From contig CAUVXB020000001.1 of NCBI GenBank assembly GCA_963555825.3, forward strand, positions 1,696,001 to 1,760,000: a DNA stretch of 64,000 nucleotides. The letters run 5' to 3'. This document shows positions 32,699-41,821 of this stretch, piece after piece. Source of the stretch: Alphaproteobacteria bacterium. GTDB taxonomy: Bacteria; Pseudomonadota; Alphaproteobacteria; JAAXGF01. Every line of letters begins with the position of its first letter. The first letter of the stretch is position 1. Both the position numbers and the translations under genes were made by a program. A model generated the notes under the pieces. It made no database searches, was not told the DNA's origin, and worked only from the letters and a program-made list of their open reading frames with translations.

Positions 32699-34304
32699 TG
32701 TCAATGGCGGAGCAAAAAGGGACCACCTCGGCGGTGTAAGAAGGGACCGCTTGGCGGCTGCGGGCTTGTCCCCGTAGTCCACGGGAGGGCCCCGCGCGCG
32801 ACGCGGCGTGCCCTCAACAGGCTGACGCGGCGGCGCGCGCGGGAGGGACCTGTGGGCCCACGGGGTCAAGCGTGGGCTGGGTGGTCGGTTCAGTTAGCAG
32901 TCGGGGTTTGACGCCTGCGGCTCTGGTTGAGCCTGTAGCTGTCACCGTTCATCTCGAGGATGTTGACGTGGTGGGTGAGGCGATCGAGGAGCGCGCCGGT
33001 GAGGCGCTCGGAGCCGAACACCTCGGTCCATTCGTCGAAGGGCAGATTGGTGGTGACCAGGGTCGAGCCCCGCTCGTAGCGTTGGCTGAACACCTCGAAC
33101 AACAGCTCGGCGCCGGTCTTCGACAGCGGCACGAAGCCGAGTTCGTCGACGATCAGAAGCTTGTAGGTGGCGAGCTTCTTCTGGAACCTCAGCAGCTGCT
33201 TGTCATCGCGGGCCTCGATGAGTTCGTGGACCAGCGCGGCGGCGGTGATGAAGCCGACCGAGAGGCCCTTCTGGCAGGCCGCCAGGCCGAGACCGAGGGC
33301 GATGTGGGTCTTGCCGGTCCCACTGTTGCCGAGCGCGATGAGGTTCTCGCGGCGCTCGATGTACTCGCAGCGGGCCAGCTCCAGGACCAGCGCCTTGTTG
33401 AGCGAGGGGATGACCTTGAAGTCGAAGCTGTCGAGGCTCTTGACCACGGGGAAGCGCGCCGCCTTGATGCGCCGCTCGACCATGCGGCGCTCGCGGTCGA
33501 TCAGCTCGAGCTCGGCGAGTCTCAACAGGTAGCGGACGTGATCGACGCCTTCCGAGGCGCACTGCCGGGCGATCTTGTCGTACTCGCGCAGGAAGGTCGG
33601 CAGCTTCAGCGTCTTGAGGTGGTGGGCGAGCAGCACTTGCGGTGTGTCGGTCATGCGCCGAGCCCCGACAGCAGGCTCATGTACGACTTGGCGGACGTCA
33701 TCGCGACCCGGGCGCGCGGCAGATACGGATAGACGTCGAGGTTGAGCCTGGGCGGCCGCCGCTCGATGCGGCACAGTACCAGGTGCTTCACCGCATCAAA
33801 GCCGATTGCGCCGAGCCGCAGGGCGTCGCCGACCGCACCCTCGACCTCCTCGAGCCGGAAGGTCTCCAGTAGACGGAGCACCTGGACGTACTCGCGCTTG
33901 CCTGCCTTGCCCATACGAGCTTCGAGGAGCCGCCGCAGAGTGATGAAGGCCTCGGGCAGGTCCCAGCCCGCCAACGGCGCGGCCTGGTCGAGGGCGCCGA
34001 TCTTCTGCTCGATCAAGGGCAGGTAATGCAGCGGGTCGAAGATCAGGTCCTCGCTGTCGTAGGACCGGCGGTGCCGGGCGATCACCTCGGCCCCGCAGCT
34101 GATCACCACCTCATCGACGTAGCCCCGGATGAGCACCTCACGGTGGCCGTAGGCCACGGGCACGGAATAGTCGTTGCTGCGGTAACGCACCAGCGACAGC
34201 GAACTCGCCCGTCCAGGGCGCTTATCGCAGGCATCATAGGGAGCAGGCGGCAATGGCAAGAGAACTTGACGATCCCGCTCGAGACGCTCGCCGATGGTCT
34301 CCTT
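32699..34304 (-). mobile_element. IS21 copy 1, truncated (right end, istB, 3' istA)
   Basis: End TGTCAATGGCGGAGC; near-identical to 40866-42471; homology stops at 34304 next to the IS66. Confidence 0.95.
32890..33654 (-). CDS. istB: IS21 helper ATPase
   Basis: GNSGTGKTH, LIVDELG, LLDRLTHH. Confidence 0.95.
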   Translation of the reverse strand: MTDTPQVLLAHHLKTLKLPTFLREYDKIARQCASEGVDHVRYLLRLAELELIDRERRMVERRIKAARFPVVKSLDSFDFKVIPSLNKALVLELARCEYIERRENLIALGNSGTGKTHIALGLGLAACQKGLSVGFITAAALVHELIEARDDKQLLRFQKKLATYKLLIVDELGFVPLSKTGAELLFEVFSQRYERGSTLVTTNLPFDEWTEVFGSERLTGALLDRLTHHVNILEMNGDSYRLNQSRRRQTPTAN

Positions 34305-34367
34305 ATATGTAAGCGTTCGTTCAGGTCGTGGAATCAGCGCGGGCGTTTCCATTCGCCCCGGCCGATT

Positions 34368-35249
34368 TTAGCGATTGAGGGTGCGTTTCCAATCCCGTCG
34401 CAGGGGCCGGAGCCAGACATCCTTTTTAGGCTTGTCGGACTGCCTGTCCCGGTCGTAGCGCCCGCGCCCCTGGGTGGTCCCGACGCGGGTCCAGCCGGAG
34501 GCCCTGTAAACGGCGCCGGTGTAGCGCGGGGTCTCGACGAAGGTCTCGATGAGCACGGGCGTGGTGTTGTAGCGCTCGGTCCAGTCATCGGGCAGGCGCC
34601 GGCGGATGATGGCCAGGATGTGCGAACCCAGGTTGGGGATATTGATCCAGGGCAGGATCAGGAATCTCGGGTTGTCGACCACGAAGGGAAGGTTCTTCTC
34701 GCGCTTCTGCCGTGTCCATCCGATGAAGTTGTCGCGCGGGGCGAGCTTCCACGCGGCGGTGGAGAAGCCGAGCATGGCGAGCGGCCAGCCGTCGCGGTCG
34801 TGGACGGCGTAGCGCATCTGGGCGCCGACCAGGGTCTTGTATCCGAGATAGTGGTAGCGGGCGACGAACTCGTTCCAGAGCTTGCTCTCCCGGGTGCCGC
34901 GCACGACGGGGCGCAGGTCGAGCGGACGGACCTCGTCGAGGGTCGTCGGGGCCGGGAACAGCGGCGCTTCGGTGTCCGGCCCGAAGACGATCGGCCCGGG
35001 CCGGTTCTGCCGTCCCTGCGGCGCCGGCAGGGCGATCAGGCCGTCCCTGTGCATGGCCAGCATGGCGACCCTGGCCATCATGTCCTTGAGGCCGCCGTCG
35101 GGCTTGAACCAGCCGATGCGCCGGCAGAACTCCTTCGACAGCATATGGCGGTTCAACGGCGGCGGCCCGGCGATCAGCGCGCGCAGCAGCGCCATTTCCC
35201 CGGCGGTGAAGTCGCGGCCGTAATAACGGCACTCGATCGCGCCGGTCAC
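34368..35249 (-). CDS. DUF4338 (Druantia DruA-like) protein
   Basis: WNEFVARYHYLGY, AAWKLAPRDNFIGW, NPRFLILPW, NLGSHIL, ETFVE, YRASGW; GTG start overlaps the transposase TGA. Confidence 0.85.
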   Translation of the reverse strand: MTGAIECRYYGRDFTAGEMALLRALIAGPPPLNRHMLSKEFCRRIGWFKPDGGLKDMMARVAMLAMHRDGLIALPAPQGRQNRPGPIVFGPDTEAPLFPAPTTLDEVRPLDLRPVVRGTRESKLWNEFVARYHYLGYKTLVGAQMRYAVHDRDGWPLAMLGFSTAAWKLAPRDNFIGWTRQKREKNLPFVVDNPRFLILPWINIPNLGSHILAIIRRRLPDDWTERYNTTPVLIETFVETPRYTGAVYRASGWTRVGTTQGRGRYDRDRQSDKPKKDVWLRPLRRDWKRTLNR

Positions 35250-37909
35250 GCCGGCGCCATGAGTTCGCGCCTGCGCTCCTCGCTCATCGACCATGGCAGC
35301 CACGGCGACAGGTCGTCCGGTGGTTTGCGATCGTTCTCCGCGCACGCTGCGAGCCACGTGTCCAGCCAGCTCAGGATGTCGATGCCATTCATCGAGAGCG
35401 TGCCCACCACCGAGTACATGATCGCCGTGAACCTGGCGCCGTCCTCGCTGTCGGAACCGAACGACAGTCGTCGCCCTATGGCCGGACCTCGTAACAATCT
35501 TTCGGCGCGATTGTTATCCAGAGGCACCTGCGGGCGGTCGACGAACACGCTCAGCCCTTCGCGATGGTTCAGCAGCGAGCGCAGCGCCCTGCCCTGGCGC
35601 GCCTGGTCCGGCAGGCCGACCAACTCCCGGGCGGCCTCCGCGAACAGGCCGTCGAGCGCCGCCTTCAACGCGCCCTGCGCCGCGTCGAACGCCGGCGTCT
35701 GGCGCTTGATCACGGGGTCGTAATGAGCCAACCTCGCCTCGTTCAGGCGGTAGATCGACGCGATCCGCTCGATCCATCCCTGGCACCAGTCCGTCAGTCT
35801 CACCTGGCCGGCCGCGCACTCGACAAAATCGCGGCGCATATGGGACCAACAGAATGCAAGGGTCACCTTGCCCTCGCGAAGGCGAGCGAGTCGCTTGTAG
35901 GCGCTATAGCGATCGCAGACGATGACCGTGTCGAGGAGAGCGTCGCCGAACAGCTTCTGCGCCGCCTCGGCGCTGCGCGAGGGGTCGATATGGAAAGAGA
36001 CCGCGTCATTGCTGACCGAGACCCACAGCCAGGCGCGGCTCGAGCGGTCTTCCCCGCGAAGTTCCTGGACGCGCCAGCTGGTCTCGTCGGCATGGCGCAG
36101 CGCCGCCTTGTTCTGGTGCGCAAGGATCGCCTCGGCCAGCGGCTCGAGCAGCGGCACGAACCGCTTCAGGCTGTCGGCCAGCGTCCCCGGCGAGACCGTC
36201 AGCCCTTGGGCGGACATCCACGCGGCAACGCGGTGCACGGGGCGGAAGCAGGCACAGTGCTCGAACAGGAAGCGTGCCCAGAAGCTGGTCCCGTAGAGCG
36301 TCCTGGGGAACAGCCGCGGCACCGGGGGCGCCGACACTTCCATGGGCGACGACGCGCACTCGCAGGTCCGGCGCCAGCGCGGACGGCGGATCACGCGCTT
36401 GTAGGCCTTGACCTCGATCTCGACGAGGGTGGATTCCTCGGCGCCGTTCGGCGCATAGGGCTGCCCGCACCGGCCGCAGACGCACGCATCCGGCGGCGGG
36501 TTGTGCTCTTCGGTGCGCTCATCGAGCCCGGGCCGCTGGGTGCGGCCGTGGCCGGGCGCGCCGCGCTGCTGGCCGCGCTTGTGTTCCGAGCCCGGCTTGT
36601 CCTGCTGCTCGCTCTTGCGGCCGTAGAGCGCCCTCGACAGCACCGCCCCGGTCGCACGAAGCCTCTCAAGCTGGACTTCCAGTGTCTCGATCCGGTTCCG
36701 CGACGTCTTCGCGCCCTTGCGCAGGCGGGCGTTCTCCCGGGACAGCGACTTGATCGTAGCCTTCTGGCGCCGCGACCTTCGCAGAGCCCTGCGGAGATCG
36801 GCGTCTGCAACGGACAGCGACTTCGACAACGTCTTCCTGACCGCCCGAAGCCCGGCAAGCTCGGACTCGAGTGCCTTCCTGATCGCGCGAAGCTTGGCAG
36901 GCTGAACCGCCAGCGCCGCTTTCCGGGTCTCCAACTCCCGCATGGTCCTGCGCAGACGGGCGTTGCCCTTGCGCAGCGCGTTGATCGTCGTCTTCTGACG
37001 CCGTGATCGCCTTAACGCCGCGCGCAGTTGAGCGGCCTCGTCGGACGGCAGCTTCGACAGGGTCGCCCCGGCCGCCCGAAGCTTGGCGAGCCGGGCCTTC
37101 AACTTCTCCTTACCGGCTTTGGACACCTCCAGGGCATGGCGCAGCCAGAAAACCTCGTCGGACAGCGACCGGGCGCGGGCCTCGGCGTCGCCCAGTATCC
37201 TCACCTCCCGGTGGAGCCGAAGGGACTCGCTGGACAGCTTCTTCGCGGTCTCCCTGATGCGCTCCGTCCTCTCCTTCTCCTGGTCGAGGCGCGTGTTCAG
37301 CCGGGCGTTCTCCTTGTCCCGCCGGACCACCTCCTTGTCGAGCCGGCGGAGTTCCGTGCGAAGCGACCTGACGGTCTCCTTCTGGTCCGGGGAAGGCTCC
37401 AGGACGGTGCGCCGCCGGGGCGGAGCGGGCCACGGCCCGGTCGCGCCCTCTCGGGCCTTCGATGCCGCCAGGGCCTTGCGCAGCCGGGCGTTCTCCTTGC
37501 GCAGCGCCCCGGCCGTATCGAAGGCCGACGCGATGCCGGCTTCAGAAAGGAGCGTCTCCAGGCGCGCCACTTCCGCCTGCAAGGACGGCACGTCCCTTGC
37601 CGTGCGGCGGGCTTCCTTCGTCTCTTCGACGGCCTCACTCAGCCTGCGCCGGCAGGCCTTGAACCGAGACTTCCACGAACCGCCATCGCTGCGGGCGGCC
37701 ACTTCCGCCCAGCGCAGCTCTTCCGCGCGCGCTTCGGCCGCGTCCGCCCGCGCCCGTTCCCGCTCACACTGTGACCGCCAGTCGCGCGGCGCGTGCTCCG
37801 GCGCCGACACGGGGGACAACCGGACCCCGCCATTACCCTCGACCAGCGTCAGGTTGGTGCCAAAATCCTCGTCCAGAACCACCATGCGCACGACGATAGC
37901 GCATGGCAA
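35246..37909 (-). CDS. IS66 transposase with long N-terminal coiled coil (887 aa)
   Basis: LYGRKSE, GAPGHGR, HADETSW, FCWSHMRR, DNNRAERLLR; about 420-aa K/R/E/L-rich N-terminus. Confidence 0.9.
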   Translation of the reverse strand: MPCAIVVRMVVLDEDFGTNLTLVEGNGGVRLSPVSAPEHAPRDWRSQCERERARADAAEARAEELRWAEVAARSDGGSWKSRFKACRRRLSEAVEETKEARRTARDVPSLQAEVARLETLLSEAGIASAFDTAGALRKENARLRKALAASKAREGATGPWPAPPRRRTVLEPSPDQKETVRSLRTELRRLDKEVVRRDKENARLNTRLDQEKERTERIRETAKKLSSESLRLHREVRILGDAEARARSLSDEVFWLRHALEVSKAGKEKLKARLAKLRAAGATLSKLPSDEAAQLRAALRRSRRQKTTINALRKGNARLRRTMRELETRKAALAVQPAKLRAIRKALESELAGLRAVRKTLSKSLSVADADLRRALRRSRRQKATIKSLSRENARLRKGAKTSRNRIETLEVQLERLRATGAVLSRALYGRKSEQQDKPGSEHKRGQQRGAPGHGRTQRPGLDERTEEHNPPPDACVCGRCGQPYAPNGAEESTLVEIEVKAYKRVIRRPRWRRTCECASSPMEVSAPPVPRLFPRTLYGTSFWARFLFEHCACFRPVHRVAAWMSAQGLTVSPGTLADSLKRFVPLLEPLAEAILAHQNKAALRHADETSWRVQELRGEDRSSRAWLWVSVSNDAVSFHIDPSRSAEAAQKLFGDALLDTVIVCDRYSAYKRLARLREGKVTLAFCWSHMRRDFVECAAGQVRLTDWCQGWIERIASIYRLNEARLAHYDPVIKRQTPAFDAAQGALKAALDGLFAEAARELVGLPDQARQGRALRSLLNHREGLSVFVDRPQVPLDNNRAERLLRGPAIGRRLSFGSDSEDGARFTAIMYSVVGTLSMNGIDILSWLDTWLAACAENDRKPPDDLSPWLPWSMSEERRRELMAPA

Positions 37910-38008
37910 ATCGCGTTACCAGCAGAAAGACAGCACCTTGTGGGGCCTCGCCTCAACGTGGGAGATGCGCTTGACGGGACCCATTCCACGGCCTGAACGA
38001 ACGCTTAC

Positions 38009-38216
38009 GGCCAAGCCTTGCCTTGCCATGCTCCTCGCTCCGGCCTGCCAAGCCTGGTCTGGCTCGGACGTACTCCCTGACTCCCCTTATCGGCACGTCT
38101 AGCCTAACCATGTTCCCCGCCTTGCCAAGCCGCGTATGGCCTCGCCAGACCCTGCCAAGCGCCGTACCCTGCCTGAGCGGCCGTGCCAACCTTGCCCTGC
38201 CACGCCTCGAGCCTTG
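38009..38216 (-). repeat. Degenerate GG(C/T)-NN pentamer array; candidate guide ncRNA(s)
   Basis: About 26 GGY triplets in 208 nt, mostly at 5-nt spacing, e.g. GGCAG GGTCT GGCGA GGCCA TACGC GGCTT GGCAA GGCGG (38156-38117); starts right after the RAMP-like stop codon. Confidence 0.8.
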
Positions 38217-38801
38217 TCAGCTGCTCTTGGTGACCTCCACCTCGAAGCGGCCGAACAACCCACCGCGCTGCGGCCGATAGTCGCCGAGTCCGATGCGTGT
38301 GCCGGCAATATCTGCCCACAATTTGATGTTGAAGAGGTCCGCGACATCAGGGTCGTGCTCGGCTTCGACCGTCAGAAACCAAACGGGAAAGATCGCGCGC
38401 GTGCGGATAACGCGCGACGTGCCCACCTTGACTGAACGGCGATCGACGAAGGTGTCCTGCTGCTCCCACAGTGCGTCCGGCCCGTCCGGCCCGTCATAGT
38501 CGAACTTCACGCTTGAGACCGTGAACGAGCCAGAGAATAGCGGCCCTTCCTTGCGTCGCTTGGCGGCGGCGTAGAGGCACGAATGAACGTTGTCGATCGG
38601 GATGGTAGGCCGGCCGGCGGTATCGAGATACAGCGAACAGTGGAACTCGCGTCGCGCGAGCTCGATGATATCGGTCTCGGTCTTCTTCCGTTTGCCGGTA
38701 ATCTCGCTCAGCCACCGCGCGTCCCGCGACAGCGGGTCCGAGGACCTATCGGAGTGCATCAGCAGCGGCGAAACGCCCTTGCATTCGATCCTGATGGACA
38801 T
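38217..38801 (-). CDS. Stand-alone RAMP/Cas7-like protein (Vipr-like)
   Basis: N-terminal strand IRIECKGVSPLLMH; PTIPIDNVHSCL (cf. RAMP IP.ss.kG); C-terminal glycine-rich loop GTRIGLGDYRPQRGGLFGRFEV; AGGAGG RBS about 8 nt upstream. Confidence 0.75.
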   Translation of the reverse strand: MSIRIECKGVSPLLMHSDRSSDPLSRDARWLSEITGKRKKTETDIIELARREFHCSLYLDTAGRPTIPIDNVHSCLYAAAKRRKEGPLFSGSFTVSSVKFDYDGPDGPDALWEQQDTFVDRRSVKVGTSRVIRTRAIFPVWFLTVEAEHDPDVADLFNIKLWADIAGTRIGLGDYRPQRGGLFGRFEVEVTKSS

Positions 38802-39116
38802 TCATTGTGCCTCCTGTCGTGGTGACCAGCGAGCCGGTTGACAAGTTGCCACACAAGCATCTCGTACGCCGACGGTGACAGCCTTACGAAATTCTGTGGG
38901 AACATGCCCACCAACTAACTGATGCTAGGGTCCAAGTGATCTACACGACTGATCAGAAAGTGCAAATTCTTGCCTCGTTTGACCGTGATTCCTACGACAT
39001 TTGACCCTAAATCCGGCAGTTGGGCGAAGGGTTGATGGCGGGATTCCCTTGTAGACTGGGGGAGGGGAATTTATCACCTCTCTAAATTATTGATGTAACT
39101 CTATAATTCTGGACTC

Positions 39117-39136
39117 ACTCTCGCGCGTTCCCGCCA
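39117..39136 (+). other. att site: duplicated tRNA 3' end, 8/5 geometry suggesting tRNA-Sec (selC)
   Basis: ACT-CTCGC-GCGTTCCC-G-CCA reads as T-loop end, 5-nt T stem, 8-nt acceptor strand, G73 and CCA; preceded by AT-rich DNA with TTTGACC repeats. Confidence 0.6.
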
Positions 39137-39260
39137 ACACGATATCGGTGCCCCTACTGCGACGGGCCGTCTCGCGTTCTTGCGCGTCGCCTTCTCGCCG
39201 TCGGCGAATATGCTCCTCGGCGGCGCGCGTGTTGCCGCCGACGCCGGTCGATGGAGGGAC

Positions 39261-40865
39261 TCACGCACTGCCGATCCCCCAGGTCTCCCGCCACAATTCG
39301 AACATCAGGACGGTCCATAGTTGATACTGACGGTTTCGGTTGCCGGAGAGGTGCTCGGCCCAGGCGCTGCGGATCGGCGCAGGCTCGAAATAGCCCCCCT
39401 CCCGCAGGCGCTTCTCGGCGAGCAGGCCCTCGGCCCAGTCCCTGAGCGGTCCCCGGAGCCAGCAGTCGATCGGCACGCCAAAACCCATCTTCGGGCGGTC
39501 GGTGAGCCGCTCCGGCACGTAGCGGCGGAGCACTTGGCGCAGCAGCCACTTGCCCTGGCCGCCCCGCACCTTCATGGCGGCGGGCAGGCGCCAGGCGAAC
39601 TCCACGACCCGGTGATCAAGCAGCGGTACCCGCGCTTCGAGCCCGACCGCCATGCTTGCGCGATCGACCTTGGCGAGGATGTCGTCGGGGAGATAGGTCA
39701 CGGTATCAAGGAGCTGCATGCGCTCCGTGAAGCCCGTGAAGTCGCGTCGGAGCGTCGCGTCCCAGAGGATTCCGCGCGGCTCCCGCCCTCTTGAGACCAG
39801 CGCGTCCGGGTCGACCCACTGAGACACAAGCTGCCGGTAAAGCGCGTCCTCGTCCGTTGCCGACAGGAGGCCGGCGAGCTTGTGCGCCTTGTCGCCGGCT
39901 TGCGGCGGGCGCAGCGAGCGCGGTACCGCCTGGAAGAGGCAGTCCCAGGCAGATGGAGGGACGGCGCGCAACTGCGACGCGAGCGCGGCCCGCAGCGGGC
40001 GCGGCCAGGCCCTGACCCGCCGCCACAGTGCCGCCGCCCTGACATGGCGGTTGTAGCCCGCGAAGACCTCGTCGCCGCCGTCGCCGGAGAGCGCGACCGT
40101 CACGTCGCGCCGGGTCATCTCGGAGACCAGATAGGTGGGAATCTGCGATGAATCGGCGAAGGGTTCGTCGTACCAATCGGCGAGCCGGGGCAGCACCGCG
40201 AGCGCATGATCCTCCGTGACGCGGAGTTCAGTGTGATCCGAGCCCAGGTGCGCCGCGACCCGCTTCGCATCATCTGCCTCGTCGTAGCCTGCCTCGGCGA
40301 AGCCAATGGTGAAGGATTTGACCGGCCTCTCGCTCTCGGCCTGCATCAGGGCCAGCACGGTCGAGCTGTCGATGCCACCGGAGAGGAAGACGCCGAGCGG
40401 CACGTCCGCGACCATCCGCCGCTTCACGGCATCGCGCAGGAGCGTATCGAGCGATTCGACGGCGGCTCCGTCGTCGAGCGCGTCACGCCCGCGCACGGCG
40501 TCGCGCGCGAGACTCCGCAGGTCCCAGTAGCGGTGACGCTTTTCCGCCCCGTGCACGTCGATCTCGACCATGCAGCCCGGCTCCAGCTTCTCGATCCCCT
40601 GGAAGATGGAGTGCGGTGCAGGCACGTAGGCGTGCCGGAGGTAGGCGGCGAGGGCGTCCCGATCCACCACCGGGCGCCAGGCGGGATGGTCGGCGAAGGC
40701 CTTGGGCTGGGAGCCGAAGAACAGCACCCCGCCTGAGCGGCCCCAGTAGAGCGGCTTGATGCCGAGGCGGTCGCGGACCAGAGTGAGGCGCCGGGCGTGC
40801 ACGTCCCAGAAGGCGAAGGCGAACATGCCGATGAACTTCGACACCGCGCGCTCCACACCCCAGGC
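39261..40865 (-). pseudogene. asnB: Asparagine synthase (glutamine-hydrolysing) family amidotransferase, N-terminus removed by IS21
   Basis: GMFAFAFWD, RDRLGIKPLY, FLSGGIDSS, LSGDGGDE, EARVPLLD; the catalytic N-terminal Cys region is missing. Confidence 0.9.
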
Positions 40866-41056
40866 TGTCAATGGCGGAGCAAAAAGGGACCACCTCGGCG
40901 GTGTAAGAAGGGACCGCTTGGCGGCTGCGGGCTTGTCCCCGTAGTCCACGGGAGGGCCCCGCGCGCGACGCGGCGTGCCCTCAACAGGCTGACGCGGCGG
41001 CGCGCGCGGGAGGGACCTGTGGGCCCACGGGGTCAAGCGTGGGCTGGGTGGTCGGT

Positions 41057-41821
41057 TCAGTTAGCAGTCGGGGTTTGACGCCTGCGGCTCTGGTTGAGCC
41101 TGTAGCTGTCACCGTTCATCTCGAGGATGTTGACGTGGTGGGTGAGGCGATCGAGGAGCGCGCCGGTGAGGCGCTCGGAGCCGAACACCTCGGTCCATTC
41201 GTCGAAGGGCAGATTGGTGGTGACCAGGGTCGAGCCCCGCTCGTAGCGTTGGCTGAACACCTCGAACAACAGCTCGGCGCCGGTCTTCGACAGCGGCACG
41301 AAGCCGAGTTCGTCGACGATCAGAAGCTTGTAGGTGGCGAGCTTCTTCTGGAACCTCAGCAGCTGCTTGTCATCGCGGGCCTCGATGAGTTCGTGGACCA
41401 GCGCGGCGGCGGTGATGAAGCCGACCGAGAGGCCCTTCTGGCAGGCCGCCAGGCCGAGACCGAGGGCGATGTGGGTCTTGCCGGTCCCACTGTTGCCGAG
41501 CGCGATGAGGTTCTCGCGGCGCTCGATGTACTCGCAGCGGGCCAGCTCCAGGACCAGCGCCTTGTTGAGCGAGGGGATGACCTTGAAGTCGAAGCTGTCG
41601 AGGCTCTTGACCACGGGGAAGCGCGCCGCCTTGATGCGCCGCTCGACCATGCGGCGCTCGCGGTCGATCAGCTCGAGCTCGGCGAGTCTCAACAGGTAGC
41701 GGACGTGATCGACGCCTTCCGAGGCGCACTGCCGGGCGATCTTGTCGTACTCGCGCAGGAAGGTCGGCAGCTTCAGCGTCTTGAGGTGGTGGGCGAGCAG
41801 CACTTGCGGTGTGTCGGTCAT
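41057..41821 (-). CDS. istB: IS21 helper ATPase
   Basis: Same translation as 32890-33654. Confidence 0.95.
   Translation of the reverse strand: MTDTPQVLLAHHLKTLKLPTFLREYDKIARQCASEGVDHVRYLLRLAELELIDRERRMVERRIKAARFPVVKSLDSFDFKVIPSLNKALVLELARCEYIERRENLIALGNSGTGKTHIALGLGLAACQKGLSVGFITAAALVHELIEARDDKQLLRFQKKLATYKLLIVDELGFVPLSKTGAELLFEVFSQRYERGSTLVTTNLPFDEWTEVFGSERLTGALLDRLTHHVNILEMNGDSYRLNQSRRRQTPTAN

Larger units (their letters stand above)
34309..38008 (-). mobile_element. IS66-family element with DUF4338 passenger
   Basis: 26-bp IRs GTAAGCGTTCGTTCAGG(T/C)CGTGGAAT; no TSD. Confidence 0.92.

Noticed and set aside
38023-38347. Short ORFs (71-99 aa) overlapping the pentamer tract
   Set aside because: Low-complexity translations in several frames and both strands; 5-nt periodicity argues for non-coding DNA.
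39261-41036. Full-length 591-aa AsnB
   Set aside because: The first ~57 aa derive from the IS21 end; the true N-terminus is missing.
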